DNA of 63,750 nt, the filler included, from Octopus bimaculoides (lineage: Eukaryota): the NCBI RefSeq assembly GCF_001194135.2. It is 4 parts of 4 records of this genome, joined end to end, with 100 filler letters (N's around TTAATTAATTAA, not from the genome) between each part and the next. Parts side by side here need not be neighbours in the genome. Positions count along the whole stretch, not along the records: positions 22,659 to 38,195 come from NC_068992.1; positions 38,296 to 57,337 come from NC_068990.1; 2 more parts are not named here. One strand, 5' to 3'. Shown here one piece after another: positions 36,106 to 48,334 of this stretch (position 1 is the first letter of the stretch; every line of letters begins with the position of its first letter). The notes beneath the pieces are model-generated. The model ran no database searches, had not been told where the DNA came from, and saw only the letters and a program-made list of their open reading frames with translations. A program made the position numbers and the translations under genes.

Positions 36106-36747
36106 AATTAGTGTTTGAAAGATTTTCCTCCACTCCACAAAAAGGCAAAAGATTAAGTAGACCTCGAGATTGGAATACAAAAATTAGAAGCCGGAATACA
36201 AAAAGAAAATTCCAATTACCAAAACTGGTTTATTTCCTACTTGACATAGTTGTGCGAATAACAGGAATGTAGATGATAAAAATATGAAATTTAAGGTTTT
36301 TGGAAATTTAATCGGTTTGTCAGCTAAATACGGAGTTGTATTTTAAGGTGTAATCAATAACGTGAAACAATCCTCGAAAGGATTAATAACAAATGTGCTT
36401 AACACTTTTATTTCCAGTAACAAACGAGTTTTGGTTTAAAGAAAAAGTCTTAAAAATCCATCTAGTTTTTAAGTTTAAAATCTGTTCATGAAGTCACAAG
36501 TTCAAGCATGCTGAAATGATGGTTCCCCAAAACCAATCTACATTGAAAAAGTAATATTTGCACAACATTTATATAGAATAAGTTTAAAAATGAACAGGGC
36601 AACAAAGTCGCAAAATAATATCCTTTGAAATGTTCTGAAAAAAATTTCATAAAAATGTTCGGTACAAGTAAAGTGCACAATAAATTTCATAGCGCATATA
36701 TATCTCCAGAATTTTTTTTTTATTTTTTTTTTTAGGCCTTTGGAAAC

Positions 36748-37284
36748 TTACACACTTGCTATATAATTCTCTTTGTATCTTGGATTAAAGACCACTTTCT
36801 TAGGGGTTACAATTTTATTTATACTCCTCCCTCCTTTTTTGTAAGGAGTTAACTGTGACCATGTCGACTTTGGAGTCTTCCCATTATTAACAAGCTTACG
36901 TGACATCATACGTTTTGCAGTTTTCGAGGTGGAAACCTCGCTCCTTGGTTTCTTTGGCGGCACGAACTTGTTGAATTTCGGTAGAGATTTCTCGGAAGAC
37001 ATTTCGATTTTCTCGGAAGACATTTCGATTTTCTCGGTTGTAATATTTTCCGGTTTACTTATCTCAAAGGTTACTTCTTTCTTTGGTTTAGTTTGCACTT
37101 CAGCTTTCGGTTCCTCTTTAATAATTTTGAACAAACCATTAGCGTCCTCGGCACTTGCTTCCTGGAAATAAGCTTCTATATCTTGAACTAAACTCATCTC
37201 GAGAAGAGTCTGTACACGTTTATCGACTGGTGAGAAGTTATACACAATTCCAATATATTTGCTAATAGCCTGGAGAGATAAGTC
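36748..37284 (-). CDS. Divergent linker histone H1-like protein, last exon (winged-helix C-terminal half plus Lys-rich tail); 5' exon(s) unresolved, could be a pseudogene
   Basis: In-frame LSLQAISKYIGIVYNF...QEASAEDANGLFKI matches H15 motifs (SxQAIxKYI; GAxGxFKL). Followed by a Lys/Ser/Thr/Pro-rich tail with KTPK, TPYK and TPKK, and an in-frame 21-nt duplication. Confidence 0.55.
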   Translation of the reverse strand, partial: DLSLQAISKYIGIVYNFSPVDKRVQTLLEMSLVQDIEAYFQEASAEDANGLFKIIKEEPKAEVQTKPKKEVTFEISKPENITTEKIEMSSEKIEMSSEKSLPKFNKFVPPKKPRSEVSTSKTAKRMMSRKLVNNGKTPKSTWSQLTPYKKGGRSINKIVTPKKVVFNPRYKENYIASV

Positions 37285-37737
37285 TTAATGAAAATCAAAA
37301 TGTACATTTATGTACTGTGGGTGAGTTCATCAGTGTGGACGGGTGTATATCTATATAAGAAAGTGAAGTTAAAGAATAATGGAGATTAGAATATTCATAT
37401 ATATGAAAGCACTTGAGTATAAGAATGTATATCACTCCCTCTTGAGTTCTATTTCCGCCGAATCTTTACAGTTGCACCACAGTCTTCTGAAAATAAATAC
37501 CATTAATATATGCAACTACTTGCTCTCGTTCGGGACCTTGATGACTGCCATGAGGCAGGAAAGTATACTAGTCCTTATGTATTTGATACTCAATATTTCA
37601 TATATTCAATAAGACATTCAATACTTCATTTTATTTTACTATTTATATTATATATTCCATATTCTATATCCCACATTAATTTTATAAGAATATAAATAAA
37701 ACATAAAAAACAGACAGAGTTGGAACTCTTTTAAATA

Positions 37738-37770
<33 letters not shown>

Positions 37771-38295
37771 TATATACATACACACATGTCAACATTTATT
37801 TAAAAGCTTATGCATTCATCTATTCAATTATGGCATATAGAACACGTGATATTTTCATGTATTCACGTGCCAAAGCACACCACATGTATGTCTTTTATGC
37901 AAAGGTAAACTGTAACATTAATGTCAATAACTGTAAGACTTTCTCTCGTGACAGAACAGCGTATAGTTTCGTCATTCATCAAAGCGCAGACGATTTTGAA
38001 CGCTCCCGTTCAGAACAATGTAAGGTTTGGGTTGAGAGATGACAACAAGGAACCCAGCTATGAAAAGCTGCTAAATCTTTCTGTAATCACTCACTGTCAG
38101 AAGATCTAAGTAGCTGGAAATAGATTGATTGTCATCGACAATTTTGAGAGGCAGGTGGGATACATATATACAAATACATATATACATACATATATNNNNN
38201 NNNNNNNNNNNNNNNNNNNNNNNNNNNNNNNNNNNNNNNTTAATTAATTAANNNNNNNNNNNNNNNNNNNNNNNNNNNNNNNNNNNNNNNNNNNN

Positions 38296-38369
<74 letters not shown>

Positions 38370-38769
38370 GATAGATAGAGAGATATGGGTTATGTTATAT
38401 ACAAACATTTTATATGTGCATATATATATGTTATATATATGTGTGCTCGCGCGCGTGTGTGCGTGTATGTATGTGAATGCGTGTGTGTGTATGTGTGTAT
38501 GAGTGTGTGTGTGTGTGTGTATAATCATAATGTTTTGAGTCTAGTTGAGATTTTCTTTCTTTTATTAGACGTTGGGGCGATGAAACATTCAAGTATCTGC
38601 TCGACCTTCATGAATCGCCACTTGCATCCAAGCTTGGTATCAACCTTGTCTCCGGTTATTGGCTTAATAGCTCAGAGGTAAAAATACATGTTCTCTTTGA
38701 TCCATATTTATAGAGAGGTGGTTATTTGAAAACCAGATGTAGTGATGGAATATAGAAGAGAAAATATTC

Positions 38770-38988
38770 TTTTCCACTCTAGGTACAAGGCCCGAAATTT
38801 TTGTGGGGAGGGGTCCAGTCCTTTAGATCGACTCCAGTACGCAACTGGTATTTAATTTATTGACTCCCGAAAAGATGAAAGGCAAAGTCAACCTCGGCGG
38901 AATTTGGACTCAGAACGTAAAGACAGACGAAATACTGCTAAGCATTTCGCCCGACGTGCTGATGTTTCTGTCAGCTCACCGCCTTATA
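38770..38988 (-). mobile_element. Full-length aaggcggcgagctgg SINE
   Basis: Reverse complement of the 9452/57610 family from head to tail. Confidence 0.85.
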
Positions 38989-39935
38989 GAAGAGAAAATA
39001 TTATAAAGACAAAGACGGCGATGTTGAGTAAAACTAAATGCCCGACGATACCTAAGCTTTCGAAGAGTCCAGCTGACCAAGATCTAGACAAGTATTGTCT
39101 TACAAATGTTATATATTCATTGCTGTAAGTAATGGCAGAACAAGGGTNNNNNNNNNNNNNNNNNNNNNNNNNNNNNNNNNNNNNNNNNNNNNNNNNNNNN
39201 NNNNNNNNNNNNNNNNNNNNNNNNNNNNNNNNNNNNNNNNNNNNNNNNNNNNNNNNNNNNNNNNNNNNNNNNNNNNNNNNNNNNNNNNNNNNNNNNNNNN
39301 NNNNNNNNNNNNNNNNNNNNNNNNNNNNNNNNNNNNNNNNNNNNNNNNNNNNNNNNNNNNNNNNNNNNNNNNNNNNNNNNNNNCTCTATCCCTCTTTCAC
39401 TCATAATTTGAGAGAGAGAGAGTCTCTCTCTCAAATCACGTGTGTCAGAGCTGAGCACCAGACTTGTAAATCAAACAGTGCCTTTTAAGATATTTTCCTG
39501 TTACGAATTACTTTAAATACTTTTGTTGTTTCGTCGGCTCCGACGGTTAGGAGACCGGTCGGTACGCCCTCAGATCGTCCTGCATGGTCTGCAGCTGATT
39601 TAAGAAAGATATCTGAAATAACGTGAAAGAAAATGGTAATAGCACGAAGAGAATGGAGCGAATGCTGTGATCAGCAGAGCCAACTCGGCACTACACAGCG
39701 TAGCCGATCCAGATGATCCACATGATCCACATGATCCAGGTGATCCAGGTGACTTTTGTCGTTGTTACTATTTTAATATTTTTCTACTACAATTCACTTT
39801 TAATGTTTTTGTTATTGTCGTTATTCTTATTAGATCAATCCTATCTGGAAAGACACGGTCTTCAATTTACGGGATCTGACTCCAGAAGAAAATAAATTAT
39901 TTCCAAATTGCACGTAAGTAATAATTACGTCGGTC

Positions 39936-40004
<69 letters not shown>

Positions 40005-40006
<2 letters not shown>

Positions 40007-40380
40007 GAAACTCAGCTTATTTTTGCTGGGTATGATAGAAAGTATCAGCTGTCCACAGCCAGCAGACTAAGGTGACACTTGTTTACTGGTCATGCTTCAA
40101 GAACCCTACGAAGGATTCTTGCAGTTCCAAGCAATGTTGAATTTTGTAGATGTTCTACCTTCAAACTTGCACCGATCTTTTTCAGCCATGCTGTTAGTTA
40201 AGTGCTGATACTTCCAAGTGCACCAATTACTATTGGTATCACGTCCACTCTCCTCATTTACCACAACCTTCGTATTTCCTACTTCAAATCATCATAGTTG
40301 TTTGTATTTTCTTCTTTCATATTGATCTTGTTGTCACTGAGGTATGCTATGTCGATTATCATGCATCGATCTGCATCGAT
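40005..40380 (-). mobile_element. R4/Dong-like LINE 3' fragment next to (TTA)n
   Basis: LGTARILRRVLEA*; the 3' UTR matches 53625-53720; (TTA)n at 39940-40005. Confidence 0.8.
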
Positions 40381-40384
40381 GTAG

Positions 40385-40675
40385 TTATATGTGCAGACCA
40401 GAATATTGTGAAAGCAGGGGTTGAGAAAGTCAGGAAGTACCAAGACCTTGAATTGGAAATGAAAAGAATCTACAGAGCCTCAAAAATGAGTATGGTACCT
40501 ACTGTGATCGGCGCACTTGTAACCATCTCAAAAGAAGAAATATTCTGGCATCAAAAACTGCAAATACCAAATTTTATGGGAAGTATTCAGTTGGCAGCAG
40601 TACTTGGAACAGCTCATGTGTTGAGAAAGGTGTTGAGTCTCTAAGCTGCAGGATGGAGCTGAGACGTGACATATA
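40385..40675 (+). mobile_element. R4/Dong-like LINE 3' fragment in the opposite orientation
   Basis: ORF 40408-40644: EKVRKYQDLELEMKRIY...VLGTAHVLRKVLSL*. Confidence 0.8.
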
Positions 40676-40679
40676 TAAA

Positions 40680-42530
40680 TCAGCTGAATTTTGTAGATGT
40701 TCTACCTTCACACTTGCACCGATCTCTTTCAGTCATGTTGGTAGATAAGTGCTGATACTTCCAAGTGCACCAATTAGTATTGATAGCATGTCTACTCTCT
40801 TCATTGACCACAACCTTCGTATTACCCACTTTAAATCGTCGTAGTTGTTTATTTTGTTTTCTTTTTTTCACATTGATCCTGTTGTCACCGGGACATGCTA
40901 GGTCAATAATCATACATGTTCTTTCTTTTTTATTCACCACAACAATGTCCGGTTTCCTATGTCTGGTCTCGTGATCGCACTAGATTATCACATCCCACAA
41001 GATTTTGCAGTTCTAATTTTCGATAACTCCTTCTGGTGTTTGTTCATACCACTGCTTTGCTCTTTGTAGGCCGTGATTTCCACAGAGCTCACCAATGGAT
41101 CATTCTTGCCACATTGTCATGGCGTCGTTTGTATTCGCGCCTTGCCAATTTCGAGCATTCGCTAACGATGTGCCATACCGTTTCACCCCCCCCCCCTCAC
41201 CACACATTCTGCATTTGTCGCATATCGGTAGTGTTGTCAATTCTGTACTTCATATAACTTTCATATAACTGGTCCTTAATGCTGGTTCCTGTGCTGCGCA
41301 TATGTGTGCTTCTGTCTCTATCTCCAGGTTACTATCCCTCATCCATAGCCACGTTTTTATCGTCATTAATCTCTTGATAAAATCTTTTTTCGTCGGTTCT
41401 AAACAATTTGTTTTGCTGGCATTGCTTAATTCGTTGTTCAGACCCAGTTAGCTTTGCTTTCATTGCATGTATGCGCTGCTTCAGTTCTTCAATTACAACA
41501 TTCAGGCCTTTTGTATCTACACCATACTTCCTAACTTTTTCGAATTTCCATTCATTCTTAAGTTCTCCATTGTTTTCTTTACAAGTATTGGCACTACACT
41601 GTTCAAGGAGTTTATATCTTCAGAAATTCTCCTTTTCCACCACGGTTGTTTATTTCCTCTTCTATCCATCGCTGTTCTATTCTCTGTAGTTCTCAATCAC
41701 ATCCTTTCCGCCACAATCCTACTAACAGCCTTGTTAAGATTATTTGTTTGTGTGATGTTTTTTGTTTCAATCTGTCTCAGCACAATATTGACTTTATTCG
41801 TCTCTTGATTTAGTCTCCATTGGTTAGCCTTCTTAAAGTCGCAAACAAATTCTGTCCTTTCTGTATTTAATAGATTCTGTCTATTATTAATTGATCTTCA
41901 TTATTTGAGTAGTCACTAATGTCAATTCTTTCACAATTCACGGCATTCTTTCTAGCATGCCCAACCTCACCCGATATCCTTCTTTTAATAGCTTCTAGCT
42001 CCATTTCTGTTAACCATCCATTTTTTCGTATTGCTCTTGCTTGGTCACATAATCTCTGTTCAGTAATTTCGAACAATTCCATTGCCTTCCATTCACTGTG
42101 CATTCGTTTTCTGTACTCACTGACAGGCATGCCATTCGCATCCACTGGGGTGCTCCGGTAGTAACACTCCATAACCATCATGCTTACTTGTTTACTCCAC
42201 CTATGTCTTGTAGCATGGCTAGCAGTTGCTGGATCACGACCGGGCCCACCCTGCTGCACAGTGAGGCACCTGCCGGGTACAGCACCTTCACCATTGGTTC
42301 CAGTCCCGTTCGCACCGTTATCATTTATTTTGCTTGGCATTTTCACACACAAATGAGGTGTATTTTTAGGTTACTACCAACCAGTATTTTTATCGAGACA
42401 CCATCTCTATGAAGGTAGTCCACCAAGGCAGCAGGGTCTTTGCTCCCCTGGTTTGGGACTCAGAGTGTTTCTTCTCTTAGGCTGCTTGCCACCCAAGGTT
42501 AACGAGTACGGCCTACACGAATCACTGGTT
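40680..42530 (-). mobile_element. R4/Dong-like LINE with 5' UTR, N-terminal Myb-like region, zinc knuckle and endonuclease but no RT
   Basis: ORF 41867-42352 contains RWSKQ...MECYYRS...[23 protein letters not shown]. The junction near 41360 joins pre-RT KLFRTDEKRFYQEIN directly to post-RT KTWLWMRDSNLEIETE. Confidence 0.75.
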
Positions 42531-42899
42531 ATTTGAAGGCGCTAGGTACTCGTCTTTTCTCACACTTCTCCTGGTGGTTTGGCGGAGGAGGCAACCAAGA
42601 CTGCAGAGCTCTTACCACCCATAATTTGAGCCTGTTCTCTTCGCATTTCTGTGTGTTGGGGGCCATGATCCTCATTCTCATTAGGAGATATTTAAATGTC
42701 AGTTGGTCCCGTATCTTCATCCAAATATTGCTCCGGAGTTACGTCCCGATTCGCGGTTCATTCGCCTTCATCCCAAACATGGAACCTGTGGACACTGACA
42801 GGTTGTCACCTCTGTGACTAAGGAGTCCTCTCTACCCCAGTTTTTAAATCAGAGTGTTCTTTCTCCTAGGCAGACTGCCATTATCATCATAATTATTCC

Positions 42900-45265
42900 T
42901 TCGTAACACCAGAGTCTTTAGTCATCTATCAAGTCACAACAAGGACCTCAGACAGATAATACTTTCCTTAAGATGTGTGCTGTGCCCTTTAAGGCTGCTT
43001 TTTGCAAGACATCAATCTTGCATGGGATTTCCAGTTGCCTTAAGAAGTCTTGAGGTTTCAATGGGATCTGCATTTACACCCATATCTTTCACGGCATATT
43101 GCAACAGGTCTTCATCACTATTTATAAAATACAATGGTCTATACTAATTACTCCTCTGCCACCATTCTTTCTTTTCATATACAGTCTGTTTACATTTGCT
43201 TTAGGGTGTAGCGTCCCATGCAGCAGCATCAAATTTCTCGTCCTTTTATCCAGTGTTGATATTTCCTCTTTAGTCCATTTCAGGATGGACGCACTATATC
43301 TAACCACCGCAACTACCCAGATATTCATTGCGGTAATCAAATTTTTGGCATTCAGGCTGGATTTCAACACCATCTTCACCCTTTTTTGATACGCCTCGCT
43401 GACTTTGACTTTCATTTCTCTGTGTAAAATGTCATCCAGCTACATATCTATATCCACTACCGTCGGATTCACCCATGGTCTCTCTTGATGGTAACCACAA
43501 TCCTCTGCAGGCTGCGTTCTTCCCTTTTCATATCAAGTACTGAGCATTTGGTGATCCCAAATTCCATACCGATATCCCTACCACACTTCTAGACTGTTTT
43601 GGTTAAGGAATCTATGTTTTTCAGATTTCCCAAACAATTTCAGGTCATCTATAAAAAGAAAATGCTTCAATGATGGGCCTTTCTTCCCACATCGGTAACT
43701 CACCTTACCTTTCCTAAGTGTCATTGTTATGGGTATTAGTGCAATTACAAAAAGTAACGGAGAAAACGAGTCCCCTTGGAAGATTCCCCTTTTAATATTA
43801 ACTTCTCCAAGGAATATATTTCTTGAGTACAATTTGGTTTCCCACTCTTTCATGCTAAGCATCAGAAAATTTGTGATGTTGTCAGCAACACCAAACATTT
43901 GAAGGCATTCAACAATCTAAAAATGAGGCATCATATCATATGCCTTCTTAAAGTCTATCCAAGACATGTTTGTATGATGTTTTTTACAATGCCTCAAAAC
44001 TATTTTATCGATGACCAGGTGATCCTTGGTACCTTGAAAACTCTTCCTACATCCTTTTTGTTCCCTTGGTAGTATTTCTTCCTGTGCCAGGAAAGAGTAT
44101 GTCTTTGCTGCACATATTCCAGTGAGTATCTTCCAGATTATGTTTAGGCATGCTATGGGATGGTAGTTTCCCACAATATTCTCCTTTCTATCTTTCATTA
44201 CAAGTGTTGTCCTCCCAGTCATCATCCATGCGGGGACTGTATTTTTCTGGACACACTCATTCAATTGGGCTGCTAGCGTTTCATGCACCGCGTGGCATCT
44301 CTTCAGCCAGAAGCCATGAATCCCATCTAATCCGGACACTTTACCCGCTTGTTCTTTCACCTCACCCGTGCTTATGATAATATTCCTTTGTTTCTTCCCT
44401 CCTTGTAATTCTATCTTGATAGTTCCTATACACATTGCATCCCTTTTATGCACCACATTGTTTCCCCATAATCCGCACCACAATTCTTTAGCTTGATTTG
44501 CATCAGGAGCAACATTTTCCCCATTGTCTCCTTCTAACGTTCGGAAGAATTGCTTCGGGTTATATTTTAACAATCTGTTCTCCTCGAACTGCTTATTTCT
44601 GTTCACAAATCTTCTCATCCTCTGGCTTTTTGCCATGATCCTCTATTTAAACTGCTCTGTTGCTGCATCAAACCCGTTCTTTCGTATTTTATATTTCTTC
44701 TCTAAATTTTCTCAGTCGGTCTTTATCCCATTTTCCCAGTTTCCTTTTAATCATTGCTCAATTTTTCCTAGATCTTGCCTTGCCCGCATAATGTCCCTTT
44801 CAATGCGTCGTTTCCACCATGGTTCTTTTGCTCCACCATTTTTTGTTCTCTTAAGTTGTAATGTCTCCTCAACAAGTAGTACAATAGCCCGGAGAAGATA
44901 CCTTGTTTGTTTTATGTCCTCCGTCTGGATGTATGGTATGACTGTTTTTATCTTTTGTGTTACTTTATTTATCATACTCCTATCTACCCTTTTCATATTC
45001 ATGGGGATTTTTTCTTCTGAAGCATTCATCAAGTCGGTGAGCCGTCTTTAAATTTTAAGCAATTCATTGTCTAGTTGGTTCATTTCTCCTGCATGTCCAC
45101 CAACCACAGTATCAGGGTTCACGGTATAACGCTCCTGTTCCTCATCCTTAACAGCCCCATCACCATTCCCCTGTTCCTCCTGTCTTCTCTCTACTTTCAA
45201 CACCTACCTCTCTGTTTTCAACTCCGACCATCCTTTGTAGCCCATCTGTTGTGTGTATATGAAAA
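42900..45265 (-). mobile_element. R4/Dong-like LINE: RT domain, degenerate, with deletion of most of the endonuclease region
   Basis: ORFs 43917-44636 (YHPIACLNIIWK, EQKGC, WIDFKKAYD), 43578-43898 (GIFQGDSFSP, FIDDLKL) and 43122-43415; 3' end KGTAHILRKVLSV*. Confidence 0.85.
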
Positions 45266-45267
45266 TA

Positions 45268-45321
<54 letters not shown>

Positions 45322-45324
<3 letters not shown>

Positions 45325-45967
45325 TAAGTTTTATTTTTATAGCGTGCTTTCACTTCACTACCGAGCGCGGCTCTTTGTGCTTTGGGTATGTGCTGTGGTT
45401 TGCTGTGATGCTCTTATGGTTACTGTATTGAAAGTGTTTTGCGTAGGATGTGTGCAGTGCCCAGTAGTGCAATTTTCTGTATGTTATATATATTTGTAAG
45501 TCCTGGTGTTTTTGTTATGCATTTGTCTGAATATTTTTTATCATACCTAAGGCGCCTACTATGATAGGAATTGTTTCTATTTTTAGATTCCACATTCGAG
45601 TTACCTCTATTTCCAGGTCTTTGTATTTTGAAAGTTTCTCCATTTCTTTTGGGGAAACGTTGTCATCTGCTGGTATTGATACATCAATTAGAAAGCATTT
45701 TTTTTCCTTCATGATATCTGGCTTATTGACCTTAATTTCTCTATCTGTGTATATTGGCATATCCCAGAGTATGGTTGCTTTCTCGTTTTCTGTGACCTTT
45801 TCTGGCGTGTGTTTATACCATCTTTTTTCTGTTGTTATTCCATAGTGTTGGGATAGCTTCCAGTGTATGTAGGTCCCAGCTCTGTCGTGTCTGTGAATAT
45901 ATTCCTTCTTAGCCAGGACTGGGCAGTCAGAGATAATATGATTTATTGTTTTTTGTCCATCGCCACA

Positions 45968-45968
<1 letters not shown>
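45322..45968 (-). mobile_element. 5'-truncated R4/Dong-like LINE embedded in (TTA)n on both sides
   Basis: ORF 45515-46051: C-x-H-x4-C remnant, RHD, KPD..IDVSIP, KYKDLEIE. (TTA)n at 45270-45322 and 45970-46040. Confidence 0.88.
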
Positions 45969-45999
<31 letters not shown>

Positions 46000-46003
46000 T
46001 TAA

Positions 46004-46040
<37 letters not shown>

Positions 46041-46059
46041 TTCATACACACACAACAGA

Positions 46060-48320
46060 AAAAATTCCTAACATCGGGCTACAACAAGTAACCTTAGATG
46101 CCCAAAACTCTCCTATGTATCCTAGCTGTCCCTAATAACACTGTTTTCTGGAGAGGTACTAAACCGGGTTTTATGCCTATTTCCTCTCTCCATTTGTTCA
46201 GATCTTTAGAGATAATTCTCAATGCACCAATAACTACTGGGATACATTTTACCTGCACTTTCCATTGCATCTGTAAGGTCCTGGTACTTTGCTATTTTTT
46301 TCTATATTTTTCTATATTGATTTTTTCATCATTTGGGACTGTAAAGTCAATTATCTGGCACTTTCTATTCTCTTTATCTACTACCACTAAATTAGGCGTT
46401 CTAGCTTCTATTACTTTGTCAGTCTGAATATTAAAGTCCCACAACATCATGTATTCCTTACTTTCTAGTCCTTTACTAGGTTCATCTTCATACCATTTAT
46501 CAGTATGTTCAAACCCTAGCTTTCGACATAGCTCCCATTGGATTACTCTCCCTAGGTTGTCATGTCTCTTCTTTTATTCGTTCTGTGCCAGCATGCTACA
46601 TTCACTTACTATATGAGTAACGCTTTCCCCTTTTTGATTTGTATAACCTGCATTGGGAATCTACTTGGTTTTTGTCTACCTTGACTTTTATCAAGTTAGT
46701 CCTTAATGCTTGATCTTGTGCAGCTACTAACAAACTTTCCTGCAACTATCTTTGAGAATCTACCATGCAACACCTTCTCCTGTCAGTCAGATAATTTCTG
46801 CTCTTTTTTCTGGTTTTTAACTTCGTTTGGGTTTTTGGTTTTCCTGTGTCTTGCTGTGACACTAGCAACCTTCGGTATACTTTCCTCACTATTACCTACA
46901 TGTGAGGTCTATATCTACTCTAGCTAACTCCGCGCAGTCTTCTACTGATATTAATCCTTTTCCACCTTCCTCTCTAAGTAAGTATAATCTTGCTATCCCT
47001 GCCCTTGGGTGGAGTCTTCCATTCATATTGAAATCCTTCCATGTTCTTGTCTAGTTTTTCTAATTCAGTTTTTGTCCAATCTACAAAAGTTTTTGTCCAA
47101 TCTACAAAAGTTTTTGTCCAATCTACAAAAGCTGCTGAGTATCTAAGTAATGATACTCCCAAAGTATTTACAGCCTTCACTAGATTCGGACCAGTTAGCT
47201 TTGACTTCATTAGCTTCCTCACACTTCTGATGTACTCCTTCTCAATTTTCGTTTTCATTTCTATAGTTAGTACTCTGTCAAATTCTAATACTCCTTGATA
47301 CTTATAACTCTCTCCTCCTTTCGATGATTTTAATGTCTGGCCATCTGGTAATTGGATGCCTTCGCTGTTGACTACTGTCCCCTTCTCATGACTAATGTTG
47401 CACACTTAACAAGGCCATATGCTATGCCTACATCCTTGCTGAAGGGTCTTACTGTCTGTATTAAGGAATCTATCTCTTTTTCATTCCTACTAAAAAGGTT
47501 CAGGTCGACCATGTAGAGCAAATGCTTAATTTTTCCCTTACTATTTCTGAACGGATACTCTGCTTTTGCCTTCCTTAATGCTAAACTGAGGGGGATCAAA
47601 CATAAGACAAATATTAAAGAGGACAACAAGTCCCCCTGGAAAATTCCTCTCTTGATGTTAACTTTCCCTAAGAGTGTATCACCTGAGATCTACTTTCCAT
47701 TTCTTCATGCTATAGCTAATTAATTCTCACATGTTGTCTGCTATACTGAATCTACTCAAACATTCACTTATCCTTGAGTATGGCGTCATGTCATAGGCTT
47801 TCCAATAATCTATCCAAGTTATTGTTAGATTTTTCTTTCTAGCTTTTACTTCATTTAGAACTGCTTTGTCTATGTATAATAGATCATGTGTTCCTCTAGC
47901 CTTCTTCCTGCAACCTTTCTGGTTGTCAAGGTGCTCATAAATGCTTTTTGAAAGTATTCCTATTAACAGCTTCCACATTAATGATAAGCAAGTGATTGGT
48001 CTATAGCTGCTAGCTGTAGTACCCTTGCTCTTTCGTAATGAGTATTGTCCTCGCTCTAGTCATCCAATCTGCTATTATTCCTCCATTAAGACAATCCTGA
48101 GGTTGTTCCTTCAACCTCCCATGTTGACTACTAAATTTCTTTACCCAGTACCCTTGAACAAAATCTGGTCGTAAGCCCTTCCAATTCGGCATTTTTCCTA
48201 CCACTTAACTCATTAATGAACGAGTTAGTCTTAGATCTGGCTGCTTCTCACTCGCTATTTCTCTCCTCACTTTCTTTAACCATACTGCATCATTATGATT
48301 GACTGGCTTATCCCAAAAAT
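46060..48320 (-). mobile_element. Degenerate R4/Dong-like LINE (endonuclease 46090-46650, RT 46970-48315)
   Basis: ORFs 47727-47978 (QKGCRK, WIDYWKAYD), 47372-47629 (LLYMVDL) and 46974-47405; (TTA)n at both ends. Confidence 0.8.
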
Positions 48321-48334
48321 TATTATTATTATTA

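Noticed and set aside
37284-37552. Phase-consistent H1 5' gene model using 32-33-nt introns, suggesting a tiny-intron parasite contaminant such as a dicyemid
   Set aside because: The contig carries host-type SINEs and microsatellites, and the resulting peptide lacks a convincing helix 1. The phase match may be chance.
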